Source of the DNA: Nitrospinota bacterium
Lineage (GTDB): Bacteria > Nitrospinota > Nitrospinia > Nitrospinales > VA-1
Direction: 5' to 3'
NCBI GenBank assembly: GCA_013349585.1
Contig: DUZG01000001.1
Coordinates: 3,499 to 67,498, forward strand
Length of the DNA stretch: 64,000 nucleotides
Shown: one piece after another, positions 19,989 through 30,145 of the stretch
Position numbering within the stretch: the first letter of the stretch is position 1
Layout of the letters: every line of letters starts with the position of its first letter
Made by a program: the position numbers and the translations under genes
Notes under the pieces: model-generated
Told to the model about the DNA's origin: nothing
The model's database searches: none
The model's input: only the letters and a program-made list of their open reading frames with translations

Positions 19989-21503
19989 TTAAATAGATTT
20001 ATTGTTTCTTTTCGCGAATAAGAATAATTGGTAGTCCAGCGGGAACCCAAATAATTTGTATTTCCATCTGAATTTTGCGATTTTAGCAAAGATGTTGTAG
20101 GCCCATACGAAGAATAGTTTTTTGATTGGACTTTCTATTCTTCCTTTTGCCCAAATTATGGTGTCGGAATCGAGGAACATAAATATATAGCTGGATATCA
20201 TCGAAACCAATTGCGCTTGTTTGGGGGTGACCCAAGGTGTTTGTTTGTCATAAAGTTTCATATGAGCCCAGCCTTCTAGTTTCTTGGGTTCCTGAAAGCC
20301 AAGTTCTACCGCAGTATCGTATAACGGGGTGCCGGGGTATGGCATGTAAATAAACATCTGCCCTCGGTTGCGGCTATCATAAGAAAGAAACTTATCGAGC
20401 ATTTCGATCGTGGCATCTATCTGATTGTTTGTTTTTTGGGTTAGCTCTTGGTGGGTATGGTTCAGCATGGGTATTCCCACAAGAGTAGAAAAGATAACTT
20501 TGACTCCGTAGTCGCGGCATTTTTCAGCGAACTTATAATTGTCTTCGACATCCATGTCTTTATCGATGGCATCCAAAGATTCTTGGTCTCCGGATTCAGC
20601 GCCACATAAGATGCTGTAAGTGCGCGACTCCCTTAAAAGTTCCCAAAGTTCATCGTCAGCTTCGGCTAGTTGTTTGGCCCGGCCATCTAGATTGCCGAGT
20701 CTTAGGGTCAAGCCCCGGTCGATAATTCCTTTCAGAATAGCTTTGGCTCTTTTGACATTCACAAAAAACAGACTGTCGTATAAATTGACCCCATTGACGT
20801 TGTATTTATTCTGAAGTTTTTCCAAGTCATCGAGAACCGCTTCGGGATTCAACCCGACCCAGCTTCTATTGTTTACGGTAACTTCACTACAGAATGAACA
20901 CCGATAAGGGCATCCATAGCTGGAAACGTAGTTGATGGTCCGGGTCCCGAATTCGGTGACCATGACGCATTTTTCAATATCAACGAGATGGTAGGGAAGC
21001 GGCGGCCAGTCATCTATAGATTCTAGACTTCTGTCTGGATTGGTAAATACCTCGCCGTTTTCTTTCCAGATCACTCCGGGGATGTCTTTATATTTCTCAC
21101 CGGCTTCAATTCTTTTTACAACATCATGGAGTGCCCGGGCACCCTGTCCTTTAATTACAATATCTATAAATGGACTTTCCAGTACCTGATATGGATGAAC
21201 TGATGGGTGCCAGCCGCCCCAAATTATTTTTATATCTTTATTCGTCTCTTTGGCAATCTGACTTGCCTTAAGTCCGCCCTGGATTTGCAGACCCGTCATA
21301 GCGGATATTCCTAAAACCAGGCTGTCTTTGGCCGATTCTCGTATTTCTTGATAAGGATCGGGGTACAAGTTTTCAGCGATGATCTTTATGGGATAACCTT
21401 CTTTATCTAGAAATCGGGATACGCAAATAAGAGAAAGGGGGAGGTCTACCGGCTTGTAATACGGATCTGGTCTTGGATTGAATAAAAGAATTGAGCTTTT
21501 CAT
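19989..21503 (-). CDS. B12-binding-domain radical SAM protein (class B)
   Basis: The N-terminus has a Rossmann-like B12-binding region (LVLGISAMTG...IIWGGWHPS). The radical-SAM cluster motif is SSYGCPYRCSFCSE. Confidence 0.8.
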   Translation of the reverse strand: MKSSILLFNPRPDPYYKPVDLPLSLICVSRFLDKEGYPIKIIAENLYPDPYQEIRESAKDSLVLGISAMTGLQIQGGLKASQIAKETNKDIKIIWGGWHPSVHPYQVLESPFIDIVIKGQGARALHDVVKRIEAGEKYKDIPGVIWKENGEVFTNPDRSLESIDDWPPLPYHLVDIEKCVMVTEFGTRTINYVSSYGCPYRCSFCSEVTVNNRSWVGLNPEAVLDDLEKLQNKYNVNGVNLYDSLFFVNVKRAKAILKGIIDRGLTLRLGNLDGRAKQLAEADDELWELLRESRTYSILCGAESGDQESLDAIDKDMDVEDNYKFAEKCRDYGVKVIFSTLVGIPMLNHTHQELTQKTNNQIDATIEMLDKFLSYDSRNRGQMFIYMPYPGTPLYDTAVELGFQEPKKLEGWAHMKLYDKQTPWVTPKQAQLVSMISSYIFMFLDSDTIIWAKGRIESPIKKLFFVWAYNIFAKIAKFRWKYKLFGFPLDYQLFLFAKRNNKSI

Positions 21504-21632
21504 AAATTTTCGATTAAAGTTGGAACTCTATTCTTAACGGTATTTCCGGCTGAAAAATGAAATGGTGGGACAACTATACCCATGATCTAATCCATTATAG
21601 TTTAGTTGTGTTTTTGTCATGAGGAATAATTT

Positions 21633-24600
21633 TTAATCGGTGATTATATGTTTTTCGATTTCAGTGTCTGTCCTGATTCGAGTTCTTTGAATCTGGAATC
21701 GTCGAAAAAGCATTTTCGGAAGCAACTTTAAGGCATCCCATTTACTTTTTAACAAAACCTGACCTTGCCCACGGTAGGTGAAATATTTAATGTCATTGAA
21801 CTGGTGCTTCCAGATGGAATAGAGATATTTGAAATACATCTTTAAAGAATAGTTTTTGATGAAAACCCAGATGTCGTTGCGTTTGCATAAATAAACATAG
21901 CGATCACTGTACAAGCCTACTGTTGCGGTGCCGATGTGGTAGACCTTTGATTTTGGCAAATAGACAGCTTGAAACCCATGCAACTGGCTACGCATGTTTA
22001 GATCAACATCTTCCGCGAAAATAAAAAAGTCTTCATCAAACAATCCGATTTGTTTAAAAAGTTCTTTTCGGTAAATTCCTGCTCCGGCGCAGGCTCCGAA
22101 AACATAATCCTCCTGGTCATACTGGCCGTTGTCTTTATCGCCTTGACCGCGTCCGCCTCCTGCGGACCATGAATGAAACAAGTCGCCGGTGTTATAGAAG
22201 ACTTCTCTGTTATCAAGGAACATCATTTTTGTGGTTCCCATGCCACATTCAGGATGCCGCTCCATGCCTTCATAAAGCTCGCTTAGCCAATCGGGCACGA
22301 CTTCTATATCGTTGTTGAGCAATACAACATATTCCGCGTTGGATGCTTTGATTCCTTCATTACAGGCAATGGCGAACCCCATATTGTGTGGAAGTTTCAA
22401 CAGCTGCACCCAGGGATATTTTTCTTCTATCATTTCGCGGGAACCGTCCATAGAGCCGTTGTCAACCACAATGACTTCAAAATTTTCGAAGTGTAATTGA
22501 GCCAGAGAGTCCAGACACATGCCAACGAATCGCATTCCGTTCCAGTTGGGAACAATGACACTCACTAACGGATTTTCCGACTGGGGCTGTTTTGATGTTT
22601 CTGCTATGTTTTTTGTGGAGTTACTTGCTGTTTCGCCCAACATTGCTTGAGCTCCTTGATGAGAAGGGTTAAGTTTTATACATTTTTTTAATAGCTCTTG
22701 CCTCTTTTTCAAGGGTGCCGAGCGGGCTATTCTGAAACAGGCATTGGCCTGAATATGTGGGTAGTGTTCGGAGGAATCTACGATTTCCGCAAACTGGGAA
22801 GAGGCTGCAAATAAGTCACCTATGTTTTCAAGGGCAGAGGCTGTAGCATATCTTAAAATCCCGTTTTCAGGATTATTTTTCAAATATAGGTTTAGAGTTT
22901 CATGTTCAGGCCTTGTTTGAGAGTCCAGCTCCGCCAGAGCTTGTACGATTTTAGTGTGCAGCCATTCCTGATCTTTTTTAGGGTGAATATCGCGAGCTTC
23001 CTCGAATAAATTTTTCAACTCATCCTGATTTTTTAATTTGACGAGGCATTCGATAGAAAATTTCCAGCAGTCATGGCGGTCTGGGAACTGTCTCCTTATA
23101 TGATCAAACTCTCCCCAAGCTTCCTTATATTTTCCATTATATTTAAAGAGTAGCCCATTCAAAAAATCATCTTCAACATGAAAGTCAAAGCGTTTGATTT
23201 CTTCTTGAATCAAAGGAATGGCTTCGTCAAATTTTTTAAACTGTATTTTTATATTGGCAAGATGAATTCTCAAATGTTGCCATTCGGGAGATAGTTCAAC
23301 GGCTTTTTCAAAAGCCGTTTCTGCTTGATGGGGAAGGTCGAGTGCCAAATAGATTTCGCCTAAATATACATTCCCTTCCCTATCTTCAGGGTTCAGACGT
23401 AAGAGATTGCGGCATTCCTTGAATGCGGTGGTTAGTTTTCCTCTCTCTAAATCTGCGCGGTTCAATGCTGGGGCATGCCATTCTCCCTGCGTAAGTTCTT
23501 CCATTTGTTCCATTTTTTTCTGCCAGGGAAATGAAAGGGGATCAGTGGTTAGGGATTCGGAACTTTCCAGACGGTAAACAGGAAATCTTGCCAGAACAAC
23601 TTTTAAAAGTGTGTATTTTAAACCAGTTATGTCTTCTAACTGCTGTATATCAAGGTCGGGAAAGGTTTTGATTATGTACTTGGGTTTATGTTTTATGACT
23701 CCACCTATCATGCTGTCGTAAAACCCTTCCAAGTCTTGCGTATCCCAGGGGCCTATTGTGTAGTGGAGAAAATTGTCAGCTGCGGGGCAATCTGTTAAGT
23801 GATAAAGCTGAGAGAAGGTTCCCCACACGAAAATCCGTTCGCCAGATTCTCCTCGCATTCTCATTAGTCGCTTTAGACTTTTTCCCAACCGAGGAATATA
23901 CAAGTATTGATCGTATTTTTCATATTGCACCAAGGTCTCGGGCTGAGTTGGTTTTGAATAATAAAGAAATAGGGATTTAATATTCCAGACGAGAATGGCG
24001 AAGAAAACTGTCGCAACCACTATTGCCAGTCCAGGTTCTTGTTGCATTACCCAATGCATTCCCAAACCACAGCCCAACGAAAGCAACGCGAACCAGGGGA
24101 GGTAATGGTATCGGGAAAAGGCTCGCTGAAAAACGATGTTACTTAAGGTAATGAGGGTGAAAGTTGCGAGCCAAAGGTTTTCTGATTTAGAGAGGTAGAA
24201 TGCTAAGGCAGCAATTCCCGCTATCCAGATAGGCAGGGCTTGCTTCATCAATAAATAAATTTCATAGCAAATGCTGAAATGCAGAGATTTTGTTTTTGTT
24301 ATTCGCATTGTGGTCGCCATGCGGGTTTTCATTTGCTTTATGGACTGGGCATCCCAGAACCCGAGTGCCCACTCTATTGAATTGGAAAGGATGGTTATGC
24401 TGGATACCGTAATGGCAAAAATAACTGCGGAGGTTCCGCCATAAGATATCCACACAGCCGGAGCCAGAATGCCAGCATAGATGACCATGGTGCATTTACA
24501 TATGACGGCAAAGCCAAAACAAAGTCCGGCATAAAAAACCGCGCCATTTAAAAGAAAAGCCAACCCGGCAAAGATAAAAGGAATATAGAATTGTTCGAAG

Positions 24601-25007
24601 TTGAAAGAGCCTGCGGTCAGATCGGGTGAAGTTCCATAAAATGAGTAGAGCAGTCCACCTGTAAATGCCGCCCATTGATTTTGTGTTACAACCAAAACGA
24701 CCCAGTAAATAGAAAGGCAGGCTGCCACATGAAAAAGGGTCTGCAAATGTCGGATTCGTAAATGCCCTTTTTTGGAAGAGGCAAAAACCTTATCGAATAG
24801 CATCATCTTCCACATCGGAACTCCTATGACTTGCAAATCATCTTTCCAGAGAAAACCTCTGTTCGCGAAATGGGCACGGTAGGTGTAAATAGCAAAATCG
24901 TCGTCCACAGGAAATTTGAGAAAAGGCAAGCGGCAAAGAAAGGCCGAGATGATAAGTATTAGAAGATGAAATGTAGTCAAGAGTTCCATAGACATTTGTG
25001 GGTTCAC
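21633..25007 (-). CDS. Three-module fusion: polytopic GT-C-like membrane domain, TPR repeats and a family 2 glycosyltransferase domain
   Basis: About aa 1-345 hold many TM helices, with an FPVDDDFAIYTY acidic loop motif after TM1. About aa 510-790 are TPR-like repeats (e.g. GNVYLGEIYLALDLPHQAETAFEKAVELSPEW). From about aa 805 to the end is a GT2 domain: VSVIVPNWNG, VVDNGSMDGS, VVLLNNDIEV, FIFAEDVDLNMR. Confidence 0.75.
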   Translation of the reverse strand: MNPQMSMELLTTFHLLILIISAFLCRLPFLKFPVDDDFAIYTYRAHFANRGFLWKDDLQVIGVPMWKMMLFDKVFASSKKGHLRIRHLQTLFHVAACLSIYWVVLVVTQNQWAAFTGGLLYSFYGTSPDLTAGSFNFEQFYIPFIFAGLAFLLNGAVFYAGLCFGFAVICKCTMVIYAGILAPAVWISYGGTSAVIFAITVSSITILSNSIEWALGFWDAQSIKQMKTRMATTMRITKTKSLHFSICYEIYLLMKQALPIWIAGIAALAFYLSKSENLWLATFTLITLSNIVFQRAFSRYHYLPWFALLSLGCGLGMHWVMQQEPGLAIVVATVFFAILVWNIKSLFLYYSKPTQPETLVQYEKYDQYLYIPRLGKSLKRLMRMRGESGERIFVWGTFSQLYHLTDCPAADNFLHYTIGPWDTQDLEGFYDSMIGGVIKHKPKYIIKTFPDLDIQQLEDITGLKYTLLKVVLARFPVYRLESSESLTTDPLSFPWQKKMEQMEELTQGEWHAPALNRADLERGKLTTAFKECRNLLRLNPEDREGNVYLGEIYLALDLPHQAETAFEKAVELSPEWQHLRIHLANIKIQFKKFDEAIPLIQEEIKRFDFHVEDDFLNGLLFKYNGKYKEAWGEFDHIRRQFPDRHDCWKFSIECLVKLKNQDELKNLFEEARDIHPKKDQEWLHTKIVQALAELDSQTRPEHETLNLYLKNNPENGILRYATASALENIGDLFAASSQFAEIVDSSEHYPHIQANACFRIARSAPLKKRQELLKKCIKLNPSHQGAQAMLGETASNSTKNIAETSKQPQSENPLVSVIVPNWNGMRFVGMCLDSLAQLHFENFEVIVVDNGSMDGSREMIEEKYPWVQLLKLPHNMGFAIACNEGIKASNAEYVVLLNNDIEVVPDWLSELYEGMERHPECGMGTTKMMFLDNREVFYNTGDLFHSWSAGGGRGQGDKDNGQYDQEDYVFGACAGAGIYRKELFKQIGLFDEDFFIFAEDVDLNMRSQLHGFQAVYLPKSKVYHIGTATVGLYSDRYVYLCKRNDIWVFIKNYSLKMYFKYLYSIWKHQFNDIKYFTYRGQGQVLLKSKWDALKLLPKMLFRRFQIQRTRIRTDTEIEKHIITD

Positions 25008-25264
25008 CCGCAGTTTCCAAATTGGAAACTTACGTGTTTATAATGCAGGCGATCTTGTACTCATCGGCAAAAACTTGAATTGGCTTTAGTTGATATCCCC
25101 TGACAAAATAAGGGGATTAGATAAGAATCGGTGAAGCCATGCTGAGTATAATTAAGGCTAAGCTTGGGTTCAACCTTCTGTTTTGAACCATAGCTCGTGC
25201 TAGCTTGCTTTTCTTCGGCAGATTGGCGAAAATAGACCGAATATCAACTAACACGGAGAATCGA

Positions 25265-26384
25265 ATGCAAGAAGATCACACCAAAGATTTTAAGGATATA
25301 GAAGTTAGAATTGATCAACTCCGGGGGTTTCTTTGACGTTGATAATAAATTAAAAACCCTCAAATCCCTTGACGAAACCATCACCCAGCCAGGGTTCTGG
25401 GATGATAATCAAGAAGCGCAAAAAATACTGCAAAACAGGTCCGCAATGCAACGTCAAGTGGATATCTGGAAAAGCCTTCACAATGCCAGCGAAGATATTT
25501 CGGCTATGCTGGAATTAGCTGAAGATGAGGACGACCCATCGCTATTGACAGAAATTCATTCTTCGCTAGCAGATCTCGACGTTGAGGTTGCGGAGGCAGA
25601 GTTTAAAGCACTCCTTTCTGAAAAAAATGATTTCAGTAACGCTATCGTGGCGATCAATTCTGGCGCTGGGGGAACGGAGTCTCAGGACTGGGCAGATATG
25701 TTGCTTCGCATGTATTTACGCTGGGGAGATCGAAATGGGTTCAAAACAGAAGTTCTCGACACCCAATATGGTGATGAAGCGGGAATAAAAAGTGCCACTA
25801 TTTTATTGTCCGGTGACTATGTTTTCGGATATTTAAAGGCAGAAATCGGAGTGCATCGCCTAGTACGAATATCGCCGTTTGACTCAAATAAAAGAAGGCA
25901 CACTTCTTTTGCTTCGGTTTTTGTTTATCCTGAAGTCGATGATGGCATCGAAGTGGAAATTAAGGAAGAAGATCTGAAGGTAGATGTCTATCGTGCTTCC
26001 GGCCCAGGTGGGCAGGGGGTGAATACGACCGATTCGGCAGTCCGCCTGACTCACATCCCATCGGGGATTGTGGTTCAGTGTCAGAACGAAAGATCGCAAC
26101 ATAAAAATAAATCTTCAGCGACCAAGGTTTTGAAGGCACGGTTGTATGAGATGGAACAGAACAAGCAGGATGAGGAAAAGAAAGAAATGGAAAAGCAGAA
26201 AAAGAAAATTGAATGGGGAAGTCAGATACGCTCCTACGTCTTGCACCCTTACCAGTTGGTCAAGGATCTGAGGACCAATGTGGAAACGGGCAATGTGGAT
26301 GCAGTTTTGGATGGTGATCTGGATGTTTTTATTCAGGCATTCCTGCGTTTTAATAATTCGGAGTCGGAGAGGTCGGGAAAATGA
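25265..26384 (+). CDS. prfB: Peptide chain release factor 2, expressed through a programmed +1 frameshift
   Basis: ORF0 (ATG 25265) codes MQEDHTKDFKDIEVRIDQLRGFL and ends at TGA 25334-25336. The +1 frame from 25335 continues DVDNKLKTL... and carries SPF and GGQ (SGPGGQGVNTTDSAVR). Confidence 0.9.
25322..25337 (+). promoter_or_regulatory. prfB autoregulatory +1 frameshift site
   Basis: CGG GGG TTT CTT TGA C. An internal SD-like GGGGG sits 3 nt before the slippery CTT, followed by in-frame TGA and C. This matches the classical E. coli arrangement (AGG GGG TAT CTT TGA C). Confidence 0.85.
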
Positions 26385-27409
26385 AGTCGAGTTTTAATGC
26401 GTCTTTGGTTAATGATCCTTTTGGAGACCCTGGGTTATTGGTGCAGTTCTTATTTCAGAAACGGGCGCTCTTATTCGACCTTGGTGATATTTCTTCGTTG
26501 AGCAATGCGGAACTTTTAAAGGTTTCGCATGTTTTTGTCAGCCATACACATATCGATCATTTCATTGGTTTTGATCGATTACTACGAACGGTTTTTGGTC
26601 GAGAAAAAACTCTGACCTTTTTCGGGCCTGAAAATTTTATAAAGAATGTGGAAGGCAAACTGGCAGGTTTTACCTGGAATTTGGTAGACCGCTATGAAGA
26701 ATCGCTGACTATTAAAGTCGTTGAGGTAAGAGAAGATAAACTGCTAAAGGGCACATTCAGAGCTATCGATAAGTTTAAAATCTCAGGAGAGGAAGAGGTG
26801 AAATTTGAGGATGGAATAATTCTGAATGACTCCACGTGTGTGGTTCGAGCGGCTGTTCTTGAGCACCGGGTGCCGTGTTTGGGGTTTTCCTTGCAGGAAA
26901 ACCTTCATGTAAATATAAATAAAGACCGATTGAAATCTATGTGCGTCGTTGAAGGCGCATGGTTGAATGCTTTAAAACAAGCGGTTGTAGAAGAGAAGCC
27001 GGATTCCTATGCGATTGAGATGCCTGTTACTAGGGAAGGTATTTCAAGTTTTGAAAAAAACACACTCGGGCAGTTGAAAGAAAACCTCATAGAAATTTCC
27101 CAGGGGCAGAAAATCGGATACGTTGTGGACACGATTTATAATGAGCCGAATAGTAAGAGAATTATAGAATTGGTCAAATCTGCTGATATATTTTTTTGTG
27201 AATCTCCTTTTTTAGCCGATGAAGAGACCAGAGGCCAGGAAAGGTTTCACCTTACCTCACATCAAGCTGGAACTCTGGCGCGAGAAGCTGGCGTGAAAAA
27301 ATTACAAGTCTTTCATTTTTCCTCTAGGCATCGGGATTGCCGGGAGCAATTCTATAATGAAGCGCAGGAGACTTTTCTGGGAAAAACAAAAGCAAATTGT
27401 CTTTCCTGA
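26381..27409 (+). CDS. MBL-fold metallo-hydrolase (RNase Z-like)
   Basis: The HxHxDH motif is present (VSHTHIDHFIGF), with a C-terminal HLTSHQAG...FHFS. It overlaps the prfB stop by 4 nt. Confidence 0.7.
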   Translation: MKSSFNASLVNDPFGDPGLLVQFLFQKRALLFDLGDISSLSNAELLKVSHVFVSHTHIDHFIGFDRLLRTVFGREKTLTFFGPENFIKNVEGKLAGFTWNLVDRYEESLTIKVVEVREDKLLKGTFRAIDKFKISGEEEVKFEDGIILNDSTCVVRAAVLEHRVPCLGFSLQENLHVNINKDRLKSMCVVEGAWLNALKQAVVEEKPDSYAIEMPVTREGISSFEKNTLGQLKENLIEISQGQKIGYVVDTIYNEPNSKRIIELVKSADIFFCESPFLADEETRGQERFHLTSHQAGTLAREAGVKKLQVFHFSSRHRDCREQFYNEAQETFLGKTKANCLS

Positions 27410-27488
27410 AGGAAGATTTTCCATCCTGAGTTTGTACCTTTGATTCAAATTGATTCCATCTTGCTAAATAATTTTTGAGGGCGCAATT

Positions 27489-28985
27489 TTGCTTTTGATA
27501 GATTTTGGATTGGTGTGGTTTGCCGCGTACCGAGTGGTGAGAGCTTTAAAGGTTATCCCATTCAAATGGGAAAGGCTGGCATTGGCTTTTCTGTTTGCCT
27601 TGGTAGTAAAAAGCCTGATTATTTTTTTTCTGGTTCGATTGGGAATCCAACCGACCGCTGGTCTCCAGTTAGGTTCAAGTGTTTTGGTTCTGGTATCGAC
27701 CTTGTTTTTTTTACGGAAACCAAACGAAAAGGAGGCAATATTTTCAGACCAGAAGACAGGGTTAGCATGGGTCACATGGTCTATGGTGGGTGTGTTGTTT
27801 TTTTTTAGCATTGTCAATGCCTGGTTTTTCCCGATCACCGAGTCCGATGCTATTTGGTACCATATTAGAGGGATGTCATTTTTCCATGAAGTTCGTTTTG
27901 ATTCAGAATGGGTGGTTCCGCAACTCAAACAGTATCCTCCTTTTATCCCCTTGTTATTTGCTTATCTTATTGCGTTTGATGCAGGATTTTTAAAGATAAT
28001 TTTTCCGCTGATGTACCTGTGCCTGAATATAATTTTTTATTCGCGGGTGCTATCACTGTCTCAAGATAAAAAAATGGCATGCCTGTTTACGATGGTTTTG
28101 GCGACAACTCCCTACTTCTGGTGGCATGGAGCATTGCCGTTTCTTGACCTGACTACTGCAGTATTTTATTCAACAGGTACCTTGTATTGGTATTTCTGGA
28201 TTAAAAATAAGGTGGAAGGGGATACGAAAAAAAGTGAAGAGAATTCTTATGCTGCGATTAGTGGTATTTTGCTAGGCCTAGCGGCTTGGACTCGCATAGA
28301 ATTTCTTTTGTATGATCTGGTTCCGATTTTTCTGACGCTATATGTTTTTAGTAGATATCCCGGAAAAAATGAAAGCCTAAAATCATTAAAACTTTTTTTT
28401 GCATGCCTTCTTCTGTTGCCTTCGATTTGGTTTATAACTTTGCTCACTTTCGAAATGGCTCTTTGGAGCCAAATGAAGATGGTTGGCGGAGTTTGCATCT
28501 TTTTATGGGTTCTGGCTTCAGGGCTTACCTGGGGAAGGTGGAAATTTTCTGAGTTAAATATTCTGCTGGCACTCATTTTGGCTGTGGCAGGATATATCCT
28601 CGTTTTATTTCTATCTGGGGCTGGCCCCGTTCCTGTCTGGAAAAAAATTGCTATCAGTTTTTACCGCACCTCTGTTGTACATATATTTTATTTGTTTACA
28701 GCATTTCTTGGGATCTTTGTTTTTTTTGAAAAGTTGAAATCTTTGTCTGAGCAGAAAAAGATACTTGGATGTTTTTTGATTCTATTCCTCTGTACTCATC
28801 TAGCTATTTTTTCATACGCGACTCCAAAATGGTCGACTTTTGGTGAGTTTGTCTACGCAACTTTTATTCAACCTGGAAATAGCGTCAATCTTTCCGATAC
28901 TCGGGGGATGATGTCTTTCTACCCCATTTTTATATTTTTTATTTCGTCATTGCCTTTTGTAAGGCGAGGGATAATAAATGAATAA
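27489..28985 (+). CDS. Polytopic membrane protein, GT-C-fold (ArnT/PMT-like) glycosyltransferase candidate
   Basis: More than 10 predicted TM helices, with a first-loop acidic motif PITESDAIWYHIRG. The start is non-ATG (TTG) and uncertain. Confidence 0.5.
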   Translation: MLLIDFGLVWFAAYRVVRALKVIPFKWERLALAFLFALVVKSLIIFFLVRLGIQPTAGLQLGSSVLVLVSTLFFLRKPNEKEAIFSDQKTGLAWVTWSMVGVLFFFSIVNAWFFPITESDAIWYHIRGMSFFHEVRFDSEWVVPQLKQYPPFIPLLFAYLIAFDAGFLKIIFPLMYLCLNIIFYSRVLSLSQDKKMACLFTMVLATTPYFWWHGALPFLDLTTAVFYSTGTLYWYFWIKNKVEGDTKKSEENSYAAISGILLGLAAWTRIEFLLYDLVPIFLTLYVFSRYPGKNESLKSLKLFFACLLLLPSIWFITLLTFEMALWSQMKMVGGVCIFLWVLASGLTWGRWKFSELNILLALILAVAGYILVLFLSGAGPVPVWKKIAISFYRTSVVHIFYLFTAFLGIFVFFEKLKSLSEQKKILGCFLILFLCTHLAIFSYATPKWSTFGEFVYATFIQPGNSVNLSDTRGMMSFYPIFIFFISSLPFVRRGIINE

Positions 28986-29451
28986 ACGCAAGTGGATTGA
29001 AAATACAATATTGGGGATCATAGTTCTGAATGTTTTTGTTATGGCGTTTGTGTTTTTAACTCCACGGGTGCAATTTATGGCTAACCATTGGGGGTGGAAA
29101 ACAGAAGCCCTTATGGAATCGTCTGGAGCTATGGATACTCCGAATCAATATTCTGAAACTTACAAGGTGGCTAATCAGGTACGGAAAATTGCAACGGAAG
29201 ACTCTGTAATCTACATGCCTGCTAATAAGTGGAGATTTGGATTGAAGAAGTCAGTGGTGATTCAACGCTTATATCCACGAAAGGTTTATTTTTCAGGCGA
29301 TCCTGAGGCGGAGAAAGTTTTTTCTGATATTTCCAAAGTTTCAAACTCATATGTTGTATTTAATGAACACTGGGGGCAAAATTTATGCGCTAAGCAGTCA
29401 GTGAAATATTTAGAGGCCACAAGGGTCGGAATTTGCCGAGCAGGAAAATAA
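28978..29451 (+). CDS. Hypothetical protein with a single N-terminal TM helix
   Basis: 8-nt overlap with the upstream gene. TM segment ILGIIVLNVFVMAFVFL. No family recognised. Confidence 0.4.
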   Translation: MNKRKWIENTILGIIVLNVFVMAFVFLTPRVQFMANHWGWKTEALMESSGAMDTPNQYSETYKVANQVRKIATEDSVIYMPANKWRFGLKKSVVIQRLYPRKVYFSGDPEAEKVFSDISKVSNSYVVFNEHWGQNLCAKQSVKYLEATRVGICRAGK

Positions 29452-29517
29452 AAAAGAAGAAAATAATGATGTCTCTTGGAAATTCATCGGTACACTCCTA
29501 ATTAAAAACAATTTGGT

Positions 29518-30072
29518 TTGAGGAGAATTGCCAGTCAAATGCTAAAGCCACTTTTAAGGAATATTTTCCATATTGTGTTTCAACCTCGGCGGTTCAACCA
29601 TAAATGTATGGTCCGGCTCGCTGGTAAAACGCGGGATAAAAAAATATTAGAGTTAGCCAGCGGGAAACTACATAAGGGCAAATATTATTATTCTGTTAAG
29701 AATTATTTTGATTCCAACAATGAATTTATTCAGTCAGACATCAAAGAAGAGTATGGTCATCGAATCATCGATGCTACCACCATGGAATTTAAGGATGAGT
29801 TTGATATTGTTCTGTGTATGAACCTCCTGGAACATGTATATGGTTTTCAGTTGGCTGTGAGCAATATTTATGAGGCACTGAAAAATAATGGGATGGCGGT
29901 CATTATTGTTCCTGTGTTTTATCCCCTTCATGACGAGCCATATGATTTTTGGAGATTCACGGAGCATTCTCTTAGAAAAATTCTACATCGCTTCTCAATC
30001 AATAGAATACAATGCCACGGAATAAGGCAATACACTTTTGCCTATTATGTCGAAGCGATTAAACGAGACTGA
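29518..30072 (+). CDS. Class I SAM-dependent methyltransferase (Methyltransf_11-like)
   Basis: Motifs: KILELASG, FDIVLCMNLLEHV, LKNNGMAVIIVP. The start may be TTG 29518 or ATG 29539. Confidence 0.6.
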   Translation: MRRIASQMLKPLLRNIFHIVFQPRRFNHKCMVRLAGKTRDKKILELASGKLHKGKYYYSVKNYFDSNNEFIQSDIKEEYGHRIIDATTMEFKDEFDIVLCMNLLEHVYGFQLAVSNIYEALKNNGMAVIIVPVFYPLHDEPYDFWRFTEHSLRKILHRFSINRIQCHGIRQYTFAYYVEAIKRD

Positions 30073-30145
30073 AACTACCTCTAGTTATTGCTTTTCATCA
30101 GGTAGTTCTGTGGGTTGCCAGGCTCGATATTAAATTAAAAATAAA

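Noticed and set aside
21534-21620. 28-codon minus-strand ORF (MTKTQLNYNGLDHGYSCPTISFFSRKYR) between the GT fusion gene and the B12-radical-SAM gene, considered as a RiPP precursor.
   Set aside because: It has no Shine-Dalgarno-like sequence and no recognisable leader or core pattern. No protease, transporter or RRE partner is nearby. Support is insufficient without conservation data.
25180-25215. tRNA-like T-arm or small RNA hairpin (GGTTCAAccttctgttTTGAACC), plus a second hairpin ATCCCCTgacaaaataAGGGGAT at 25093-25115, upstream of prfB.
   Set aside because: No cloverleaf can be built around it: there is no acceptor or anticodon arm, and the loop is 9 nt instead of 7. These are probably ordinary intergenic hairpins.
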